Source: Rhizophagus irregularis
Taxonomy: Eukaryota
Direction of reading: 5' to 3'
Assembly (NCBI RefSeq): GCF_026210795.1
Contig: NC_089431.1
Span: forward strand, 5,580,001-5,644,000
DNA length: 64,000 bases
Shown: positions 54,161-64,000 of the stretch, piece after piece
Position numbering within the stretch: position 1 is the first letter of the stretch
Layout of the letters: the number at the start of each line of letters is the position of its first letter
The notes under the pieces: generated by a model
What the model saw: the letters and a program-made list of their open reading frames with translations, nothing else
What the model was told of the DNA's origin: nothing
Databases searched by the model: none
Program-made: the position numbers and the translations under genes

Positions 54161-55927
54161 TTAATGTATCGAAATTAGCTGACTATTAAAATCATGCATT
54201 ATTGCAACCTTTGAAAAAGTGACGAATACATTATTACATTAATAATACCGTATCGTATCGTTGGGACCCAAATCAATTTACTGATTTAATAATTGAATTA
54301 TAACCAAGGGAATATTTTTGCGTCACTGCATATGGCGAATTAAGATTTTTGGTCATTTTATACCGGATGTTGATTATATATAAGAAGTCATTGCTTTTAT
54401 TATAAAGTATTCACAAACTGGAACACCGCATTTTTCAATATTCATTTTATCTTACGTAAAAAAAATGTGGTGTTTATCGTTATACTTTCTTATATTTTAC
54501 AGAGGAGTTAAGATATCCACATTTCACTCTCGAAATATGATTCAAATCCACCGATCCAAGTAGATCCTCAAACACTTTCTCTTCGCCCTTAGTGTCTAAC
54601 ACCAGTGGCATCACTTCTTGTCGGAATTTTTTACAAGCCTTGATTTGTGAGTTAAAATATACTGTATATAGTCATCAACCATTTAAATTTGGCTTATAAT
54701 CACTCTTAATAGCAAAATCTTAAATAAAGTTATATTGTAAATGACGTGCGGGAAAATAGTGAGGTTTGGGCAAACAAAGGGTTTTCTTGGCGAACATTCA
54801 TAGGAACAGTAGAGAATAACAGATAAAAAGAATTAGAAGGCAACGAAAATACGTGGATTATGCACGGGAGTTGTAGACCAAAAAAAGTTGCTTCAGCTGG
54901 AAAAGAAAATTATAGACTCTCCAAGAAAGATAATTTGTAAGCTTATTTTATTAAAATGAATTTTTTTTTAAAGAATTAATATCAATATTTCATTTTAATT
55001 TTAAATCCAAAAAAATATATGTAATAATATAATTTTTATAACAAAAAAAAATAAATTTATTGTTTTGGTGTTGATCAGTATTCTATTTGTAGTAGTTATG
55101 ATTATTAAAATTTACAAATTTAAGATGATGCCAACAGGTTTTACTAAACATGTTTATATTTTGTATATGTTAAATAAATTTTTAAATATTATTTATTTAT
55201 ACAATTTTGATATTAAATTAAATGATTAAAAGAAAAACTATTTATTTTATCTTCATACCGGTATTTGTTTCTTACTTCTTCGTATATTTAAACAGTTGAC
55301 TTTTTTTATAAGAGTTTCTAGATTTAGATGCTGCAGGTGTCAGCGCGACGACAATTTGGAAATTTTCTATTTATGTTATACACATTTTTTAAAATAATTA
55401 CAAAAATTTTTTTTTTAAAAAAAAAAAAATAAAATTGATTGATTTGGCGAAATCGGAGTCTTTTCATGTCGGTGAAATGGCTACCCGCGAGTTGATTGTT
55501 AGTCGTACCATAACCGGTGATTTAATAATTTAACCCATGATAAATGAAAATCTGATAAATTTCTGTTTATGTTATTGATTTTAATTATTATCATTGAATA
55601 ATAATAAAAATAACTGATAAATATTTGTAAATGTTATACGTAAAAGGAAGTTGCCCTTGAAATGCGTAGTTTTGTAAATTTTATCTGTAATACAAAGAAA
55701 ACAAGGCGTATTTGCTTAGGAAAGTTAGTATGCCAACAGTTTATATGGCGCATTTGGCGCAGCCGTCCTAAATAATCATCGATCTGTTTCACTATCATGA
55801 GACATAATGTTTGATTGTCATATTACTAAATCCGTCAATAAATGAAACCAATTAGTCAATAAATATGGGATGGTTTTATGTTTTTATTCTTTTTTCTTTT
55901 TAACTCGTTAACACATCTGAAAAAAAA

Positions 55928-57295
55928 ATGATTCTCGACTTTATAAATAACTTAATAAATGAAAATTTTCCGACTAGTTCATCGTCGAACGATGACTGTG
56001 AAAATTTAGAAGCTGGAAAAGTTTACGATGATACTAGCGGAGGAACTTTGAGTGATAGATTTTCGCTTCATGTTGTACCGGTCGATGAAAAGAATAATTT
56101 ATTTATAAATAGAATCTCTTATAATACACAAACTAACGCTTATTATGAGAATGGAATTTTATCTAATAAATATTTAAAGAAATGGGCGGAAGGAACTTAT
56201 CAATGGGATAATATTAAATTAAAAATTGAATATGATTGGAAGAAAATATATTTAGCAAGAGTTCCTGATACCGAAAAAAGAACTCCTATCAATGAAATAA
56301 TGAATGATGATGGTGAAATTTCTTGGAAATTTGATTATCGTATTGGTAGTTACATTATTAATTCTCTTATTTTAAGATTATCATTTGGTACTTTTGATAA
56401 TTCTGCGAGCGTTCAATGGTTTATTAAACCATTACCCACGATGAAAAATCCAGACCCAGGTTGGAAATTAATTCAAGTTAATACATCTGGTCAAAATGTA
56501 AATGAGATAGTTGATGTTAGTCAATTTGTTAAAGATGAATATGGTTTTATATTACAAGTTCGTTTAAGTGGCGGTGACGAATCTCCAATTAAATGGCAAA
56601 AATCTCAATTATTTAGACAAAATTTTAGTGTATTGGATAAAAATTTAGAAGCTGAAAATGATGAAACTTTTGGATTGGACGTTAATGTTGAATTAAAACC
56701 TGATGTTATTGTCGACCCTTTAATAAAATTATCGGGTTTGAATGATTCAACGCGTGATTTTGTTATCCATTATGAATTTTCGGCTGATGATTACCAAATT
56801 ATTTCAAGTTCTAGCTCTCTCGATAAGGAAATCGACAAAGAGGAAACCGATAAGGAAGAAATCGATAAGGAGGAAACCGATAAGGAGGAAATCGATAAGG
56901 AACCTAAGGATCTTCATGTTCACTCAGAGTTATTATCAAATCATTTTAGTAAATTATTGGAATCAAAAATGGGTGAATCACAAGACAAATCAATCACTTT
57001 GAATGATTCTGATATTTCTTATGAATCATTAGAAATTATTCTTAATTATCTTTATACTGGTAAACTTCCAATCATTGAAAGTTATGATAATTGGATCACA
57101 TTATTTTGTGATGCTTCTAAATTTTTTATACCTACTTTAGTTCAAAGATGTGAGATGGAATTAAGAAGTTATTTGAATCATGATAATTTAAATGAGGTTA
57201 AAACCATTGCTAATGAATATGGTGCTGAGCAATTACTACGATATTGTGATAATTTTGAACCACCATTAAGTCAACAGTTGATTGAAATTAGTTAA
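55928..57295 (+). CDS. PAW-like (PNGase C-terminal, mannose-binding) domain + C-terminal BTB protein
   Basis: KIEYDWKKIYLAR, GEISWKFD and LSGG...WQKSQLFRQ resemble PAW motifs. HVHSELLS..FSKLLESKMGES, ILNYLYTG and LVQRCE indicate BTB. Confidence 0.82.
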   Translation: MILDFINNLINENFPTSSSSNDDCENLEAGKVYDDTSGGTLSDRFSLHVVPVDEKNNLFINRISYNTQTNAYYENGILSNKYLKKWAEGTYQWDNIKLKIEYDWKKIYLARVPDTEKRTPINEIMNDDGEISWKFDYRIGSYIINSLILRLSFGTFDNSASVQWFIKPLPTMKNPDPGWKLIQVNTSGQNVNEIVDVSQFVKDEYGFILQVRLSGGDESPIKWQKSQLFRQNFSVLDKNLEAENDETFGLDVNVELKPDVIVDPLIKLSGLNDSTRDFVIHYEFSADDYQIISSSSSLDKEIDKEETDKEEIDKEETDKEEIDKEPKDLHVHSELLSNHFSKLLESKMGESQDKSITLNDSDISYESLEIILNYLYTGKLPIIESYDNWITLFCDASKFFIPTLVQRCEMELRSYLNHDNLNEVKTIANEYGAEQLLRYCDNFEPPLSQQLIEIS

Positions 57296-59295
57296 AGATT
57301 TAATCTTATTAAAATTTTAAGCATCTTAAGATAGTAACATTATTTTTATTTATTTTATTTTTTTATTTTTATTTTTATTTTTTTTATCTTTCGTTAAAAT
57401 AACAAAATTTATTTATGTTATTATAAACGGACATTTGTAAATTTTCTTTTTCTTTCATTTTTTTTTTCTAAATAGTTTTTTCACATTTCGCGATTTACTT
57501 ATTTTTGAAAAATATTATCATGAGTATTATTATTACTAGCGTATACTCTTTTAGAATGCATGTTTTTAAATAAAATCAAATTTTTTAAAAAATATTCTCG
57601 GCAATGTTGTTATGTGAATGAAGTTGTGGTGATTTTATGGCTAAACTAATAAAATCGACGCTAGCGCCCGTATTATCTATTATCTTTCTACGATTAGATG
57701 ATGTTTTTTAAAACAGACGTAACGCATCAACAAATGGAGGTTTACACGTTTGATATTCTAGCGGAATTTATTATACCAGTGTTTCTGAGAAGTATAGTGA
57801 AATCACGTCATCAATTCTACGTATCATGTGATTCTTATTTTTCTTTATTGTTTATATCTTGTCATCAACTGAAATCTTTCTAATTTACAAACCCAAATAA
57901 AGCTTTACCAGAAAATCCTGAACAGCGAAAAGTGAATACAGAGTGATTCTTCAATATTAATCAAAATTTAGTAATGTATATACAGTATCCTGTATAGGTA
58001 TTCATAATTGTATTGAAGCTCAATCAGGCGTAATATCGCGTAAAATTTACAATCAATCTTCAAATAATTCATTCAATTTGGCTGAAATCAGATTGGATCA
58101 GATCGCATAAAAGAGAAGGAAGTCAGCATTGACAAATTACCAAGATTCTTCCTCGAGTATGTAGAGTTTGAATGATCCAGAAGTTACTCTGATACTTTAG
58201 CAACTGAAATCAGTAATGAGGAATTTGATAGTTGATCACTGTTCACTATTGATGAAGCCGAATTGTTAATGCATGTAACGTAGCATTGACAGTAGAAGAT
58301 GATGGACAAGCTCATATATTAGATCATTAGGCAGCTTTTCGGATTTATGGTCGTCAACGACCTCAAATATGGCCTTCTCACGATGTATATTTGAACATGA
58401 TTTTTTTTGTCAGGATGACCAGTAGTTCATCACACTTGAATGTTTGTATTATTATGAAATATATCTATAACTAATCTGACTACACCTAACACTGATGAGG
58501 ATGACAATGATGGGATGATGATGATGATGATGATGGAGATAAAGAGACAACGGCCATCAGGTTCTAGGAGGAGTGCACTTAAGAAGCAATCACTCGAAAC
58601 ATGTCAAGAAAAGCAAAAGAAACATAGTGATGATGAATTTCTCAATAATATGAAAAATTATAGACGTAGCTAAACCTTTTTGATGATCGCTGGTAAATAT
58701 AACCATATTTTCTAGTGTATTCTTTTAAAAAGTTGGAAAAGTCCATCATAATTTGTTAATAAGTAGTTTGATGTACTCAAAAACTCAACTTATATAATTA
58801 TTTTATCACCAAATACATTAATTACGCGTATGATCTAACTATTCTTTGTTAGCATGTTTTTATGCATCATAATCTTCTTAGATAATTATAATTTTTTTTA
58901 AAAGACAGATTAAAAGTTTAAATCATAGATGTAAAGGATCCTAGTAAAAAAAAAGCCTCAATTTTTCGCTACTTCCATTTCGACGAAACGTTTAAGGTTC
59001 AGATACCCAAATCAATCAATAAAAACTATGATGAAAAGGACCAGAAGATTCATGATAAGTTCAGTGAGTTTAAAATGCAAATGCATTTACAGCCATAACA
59101 ATAGCTCAGGTATTTTATCGACTTTATTCCGGAAATAAAAAAATCAGCTCACATTATTAGAAATTTCGATTTAGAACTTAAGTCGTCTAGAAATGTCGAT
59201 CGTACGTCATTTATGATGTCATATGTCATTTTGATAAAATATAAATACACGAAAAAAATTTTTTCTTTTTTTTTTTACTGAATCATTTCGTCAAA

Positions 59296-60498
59296 ATGTA
59301 TCTTAATATTATGTATAATATGTTAAAAGAAAATTCTTCAAGTAATAGTTTATCAAATGGAAATTTAAACAACAACTCTAATATATATTATAATAATAAT
59401 GAAAATTCTTTATACGAACCTATAGAAACCGCCGAAGTTTATGATGAAACTAATGGAGGAATATTTTGTGATAAATTTTTACTTCATGTTATACCAATTA
59501 AAATGAATAATAATAATAATTTATATAAGAATAGAATATCATATAATACAAAAACCAATGCTTATTATGAAAATGGTATTTTATCTAATAAATATTTAAA
59601 AAAATGGAAAGAAAGAACTAATGATATAGAATTGATAAATGATGATGATGGAGAAATTTCTTGGAAATTTGATTATCGTATTGGAAATTATATTATCAAT
59701 TCTATTGATTTAAGATTACCACTTGGTATGTTAAATAATTCTGCAAGTATTCAATGGTTTATTAAATCATTACCCACGATGAAAAATCAAAATCCAACAT
59801 GGAATTTAATTCAATTTAATCAAAATATACATCATGTAAAAGAGATCGAAGACGTTACTCGATTTGTTAAAAATGAATATGGTTTTATATTAATGGCGCG
59901 TTTAAGAGATGATGATGAAAAACAAGATTTGAATAAATTAATATTTTTCAGGGACATTGATGATGAATCTTTTGGATTTGATGTTAGGGTGGAATTAAAA
60001 CCTGATATTATTATTGATCCTTTACCAGAATTACTTTTTTCGGATTATGAATCAATAAATGATTTTATTATTCATTATGAATTTTCTACTGAGGATGATC
60101 AAAATATTGGAAGTTCTGGTAATTCTAATAAGAAATCTAGGGAATTTCATGTTAATTCCAAGATATTATCAGAAAGATCAGATTATTTTAATACGTCAAT
60201 TAAATCAAACGATAAAACACTCGTATTAACTAATACTGATATTCCTTATAATTCATTAAAAATTATTATTAATTATCTTTGTACTGGTACACTTCCAAAT
60301 ATTGAAAGTTATGATAAATGGATTACATTACTTCGTTATTCTTCTAAATTTCTTATACCTACTTTAATTCAAAGATGTGAGAAGGCATTAAAAGGTTATT
60401 TGAATCATGATAATTTATGTGAGGTTGAAAATATTGCTAATGAATGTGATGCAAAACAATTATTACGATGTTGTCAGAATTTAAACTGTCTTAATTGA
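59296..60498 (+). CDS. Paralogous PAW-like + BTB protein with degenerate PAW domain
   Basis: Colinear with the 55928 ORF (NRISYNT.TNAYYENGILSNKYLKKW, GEISWKFDYRIG, BTB) but lacks DWKKIYLAR and WQKSQLFRQ. Confidence 0.82.
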   Translation: MYLNIMYNMLKENSSSNSLSNGNLNNNSNIYYNNNENSLYEPIETAEVYDETNGGIFCDKFLLHVIPIKMNNNNNLYKNRISYNTKTNAYYENGILSNKYLKKWKERTNDIELINDDDGEISWKFDYRIGNYIINSIDLRLPLGMLNNSASIQWFIKSLPTMKNQNPTWNLIQFNQNIHHVKEIEDVTRFVKNEYGFILMARLRDDDEKQDLNKLIFFRDIDDESFGFDVRVELKPDIIIDPLPELLFSDYESINDFIIHYEFSTEDDQNIGSSGNSNKKSREFHVNSKILSERSDYFNTSIKSNDKTLVLTNTDIPYNSLKIIINYLCTGTLPNIESYDKWITLLRYSSKFLIPTLIQRCEKALKGYLNHDNLCEVENIANECDAKQLLRCCQNLNCLN

Positions 60499-61804
60499 AT
60501 AGATTAAAAAATTGAAATTTTTTATGATGTATTTTTTTTTATATTATAATTACTGTATGTTAAATAAATAGTGTAATGTATGGCGTAATGCTGGAGCGAC
60601 AATAGCGACAAATAACGACAATAGGACAAAAAAGTCGATAGTTCACGCTTGGTATACAGAAAATAAAGTTATGTTCGCGTGACGTGCAAAATACGCCAAC
60701 TTTCGATGTAAATGAACCCGTGACACTGTCGATCAATATGTATCGTTCATAAAGATGTTCGACGTTTTTCATACTTACTTTTCATGGAAAGAACATTTTC
60801 TTATAATTCAATATTCAAAATAAAAAAAATATAGTCATTATATAATAATTTATTATTAAAAAAATATTTTTATTACAATAACTAAACCAAAACTTTAATT
60901 AAATACTGCAACCTATTTGGCATTAAGTTCGGCTAATTTTGAAATCAAGTTATTTATTCGGTTAGAATAACTGATGATAATGAATTTGGTAATGTAATAA
61001 TAATTTGAATGGTTTAAGTTCTTTTTACAAGTGTTGATTAATTTTTTATAATTTAATCTCAATTATATTAATTATATTAAATTTGGTTAATTAAAATTTC
61101 TTGAAATTTCAAAAAATTAGGACGCTCGAGATTCAGGAATTATTTTATTCGGTGGAAATATGAAAGTTATTAGAAATCTATCGTATTATTAATGGTTATG
61201 AATATATGGAGACTGAAGAGTTTAAAGTGTTGAGAAATAACTTACGGAACCAACTTATACCAAAATATTTTATCACAGTTATAGATAAACTCAATGCAAA
61301 CCAGCAAATTAAGTACGCGCATATAAAATGTAATCTTACAAAAGATCTGTAGATAAATGGGAGAAAGGTGTGATGTTTGGTACTGATTATAAGATATTAT
61401 GGAATTATGATGACGGGTTTATAGTCGAAAAATTTTTTAATAAGAACATAACGGCTTTGGATATTTGATTATAGAATATTTGAGCACATTAAAATGTTCA
61501 ACAACAGAATATCATCAAGAACACCATCAATATTGGATTATTTATCACAAGTGATTGATGTTATAGATAATGCAAACCAGCAAATTTAGTACGCACATGT
61601 AGAATGTCTGGTAGGAGAAGTGGTTTGGTATCAATTAAAGGATTTCATAGATTGGTAATGGATTTGTGGACGAAAAATTTTTAAAAGAACGACAACGACT
61701 TTGGATATTTAATTAAAGAATTTTGAGCTCACGCTCACGTAAACTGTTCAACAATTTCAAACAGAATAGCGTCAAGATTGGATTATTCTTGGATTCATCA
61801 CAGA

Positions 61805-61852
61805 TCCTAACGCGAATCCTAACGCGAACCCTAACGCGAACCCTAACGCGAA
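61805..61852 (+). repeat. 12-bp tandem repeat (CCTAACGCGAAC) x4
   Basis: Seen directly. Two copies contain CCCTAA. Confidence 0.85.
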
Positions 61853-63402
61853 AGCATAAATAATTATAATGGATCATGCAAAATGTGTTGACCTCCATCA
61901 GCAGATATTTCTCACAGGATTAAATTAATTCATGATGTAGGATTAATTCATCATGACCGTTCAAGGTACGGAAATACAAATCTATTTAAGTAACAAATTT
62001 TGACCGAGCAATTATAATTAATAATAAAATACTGTTACAGGTATTCTTGGATTTTCGTGATTAAAATATACGAAAATATTCAATGATTTAATCTTGGAAT
62101 TATTTTGTGGATAATTTCTTCGTGTCGACTTCCTATTTATGAGATGTAAATTATCTTTAGATATTTTTGATAAGGAATTGCGTCCTCCAAACATTATTGA
62201 AAGAATCACGAAATGTTGTGATTGTGATAAATTGGCGATAAAGAAGTTGAAGCAGACAAGACGGTGATTTAATGAAGGCACTGTCATTCGCATTAATTAC
62301 AACGCCTCAAATTGATTAATTATCGTTCATGATATTATATCAATTTATTGTTGGTGATGAACTCTGTTCAATGGACTTTTCCGGACTTTTCTACCATAAT
62401 CTAAGATCTAAGGGAAGAGAAAGGGATCAAAATGTTAAAAATGTTCAATTTGGTAAAAGTGTTGATCATCTTTATATATTTAACATCCATCTGTTACTTT
62501 TTCGTCTCATCTCAGAAATATTATTTTATATTTCATTGGCGTGTTATGATATGCCAATTTTTGGTATGAATTTACCTAATGTAACGAAGAACTTTCGAAA
62601 GAATCAGAATTTTAATTTACATATCAGAGAATTTTAAATCGGGTATAGATTGTAAGATTGTAAGATTGTAAGTATTTATTATGACCAAATTTTTTTTTGA
62701 ATTAATTTTTTTTTTCAATTAAAGACCATTTATTTTTTTTTTACATCATAATCATAATCACTAGATGTATGGGAATCTGAGTTTTTTAAATCAGGATGAA
62801 TAATACATAACATCTACCGTTATGGTTAAGGATATCTTGTGTCGATGAAATTTTTAGCAATTTTCGTAACGTAAGCGTATTTTAATTGTTTTTAAATTCA
62901 AATTCTTCTGATGTAACTATATTTGATGTACTATATAATAATAACATTGAATTTTAATAAATTTTTTAAATAAAATTCTTTATAAATTTATTTATATCAG
63001 AATCAATTTGATTCAAATAACTTGATCATAATTTAAAATGTTTGCCCATTATTTATAACAAAAGAAATTTATTTCATCCTATCATTATCATTATAATTTT
63101 AATAATTGTAATTCATTATTATAAAAAGACGTTATTGTGTTTATCAATCAACATTTTTATTCCTTAATTTCATACAATTACTGCGTGGTTATTGAACCAC
63201 ATGTGACAAAAAAAATTTCGATGATCTATTAAACTAAATCGGGAAACAAAAGATACAAAAGTAAAGTTATTATCGTACAAGTATGTGAAAAAAAAAAAAT
63301 TTTTTTTTTTTATAAATACGTGTTATCTCAATTTTTTTTTGTTCTTAACGTTCTCAACAACAAAAAAAAAATAAAATTTTTTTCTAATATATACAAAAAA
63401 AA

Positions 63403-64000
63403 ATGCAATCATTAGATCATCGAGAAAATGGGAATGAAGCAATTAAAAGAGGAGATTATATTTCAGCATGGGAACATTATACTGAAGGACTTAAATTAAC
63501 ACCAAAAGATCCTTACCTTTGGTGTAATAGAGCTTTCGCATGTCTTAAAGCCGGATATCCTGAATTAGCATTACATGATTCAGCAAATTCAGAAAATATT
63601 TTAACAGAATATCCAGAACAAGATTTTAAAGATAATATTGATTTATTTAAATTAAAACTTAAAGGAAAATATCGTATAGGAGAAGCATATGGTGTTTTAG
63701 GATTACCTAAACATGCAGCATTTGAATATAAAGCTTGTATGGATTTAGCTAAAAAAGAAGATCCATCAATGAAATCTTATACTAAAAATGATTTTAATAT
63801 TTGGGAAAAGAAGAAAGAGGATTATTATAAGACTTCATTATTACATGATCAATTTATACAAACTTGTCAAATAACTGAAGCGAAAAAGAGGCATGGATTT
63901 TATAAATTTGAAGGAAAATATCCTTGGGATAAAAGAAATGAAGAACGAACATCTGAAAAAATGATAGAAAAACTTCAACAAAAACTTGATTCTGCTAGTA
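63403..64000 (+). CDS. TPR-repeat protein (partial, runs off the window), possibly TPR-SET family
   Basis: Open frame MQSLDHRENGNEAIKRGDYISAWEHYTEGL..LWCNRAFACLKAGYPELALHD (TPR), later GKYPW. The SET domain is inferred, not seen. Confidence 0.8.
   Translation, partial: MQSLDHRENGNEAIKRGDYISAWEHYTEGLKLTPKDPYLWCNRAFACLKAGYPELALHDSANSENILTEYPEQDFKDNIDLFKLKLKGKYRIGEAYGVLGLPKHAAFEYKACMDLAKKEDPSMKSYTKNDFNIWEKKKEDYYKTSLLHDQFIQTCQITEAKKRHGFYKFEGKYPWDKRNEERTSEKMIEKLQQKLDSAS

Noticed and set aside
61100..61750. Possible degraded BACK-domain fragments with a local duplication
   Set aside because: Too degraded to support a call by eye.
61713..61898. ORF with RVRVRV repeats
   Set aside because: Translation of the 12-bp tandem repeat; no other coding evidence.

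Overview
Very AT-rich, intron-containing eukaryotic DNA. The gene families (BTB-BACK-TLDc, tyrosine-kinase-like kinases with and without Sel1 repeats, Kelch membrane proteins, a WD40/TRP-like channel) and the many MITE and pseudogene relics suggest an arbuscular mycorrhizal fungus (Glomeromycotina, Rhizophagus-like); this is inference, not a database match. The standout feature is a minus-strand kinase gene (about 30885 to 27098). Its apparently non-coding 2.4 kb 5' region is an array of twenty consecutive 3-nt microexons, each flanked by an AG acceptor and a GT donor, plus candidate 1-nt and 2-nt exons. The array splices in frame to the kinase when the 2-nt exon is skipped. Other highlights: two tandem genes fusing a PAW-like (PNGase glycan-binding) domain to BTB; three near-identical GC-rich structured introns that are better conserved than their exons; repeated loss of the TLDc C-terminus among BTB-TLDc paralogues; and a Kelch membrane protein with an N/Q-rich repeated cytoplasmic tail. 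All splice models were read by eye and need RNA evidence.
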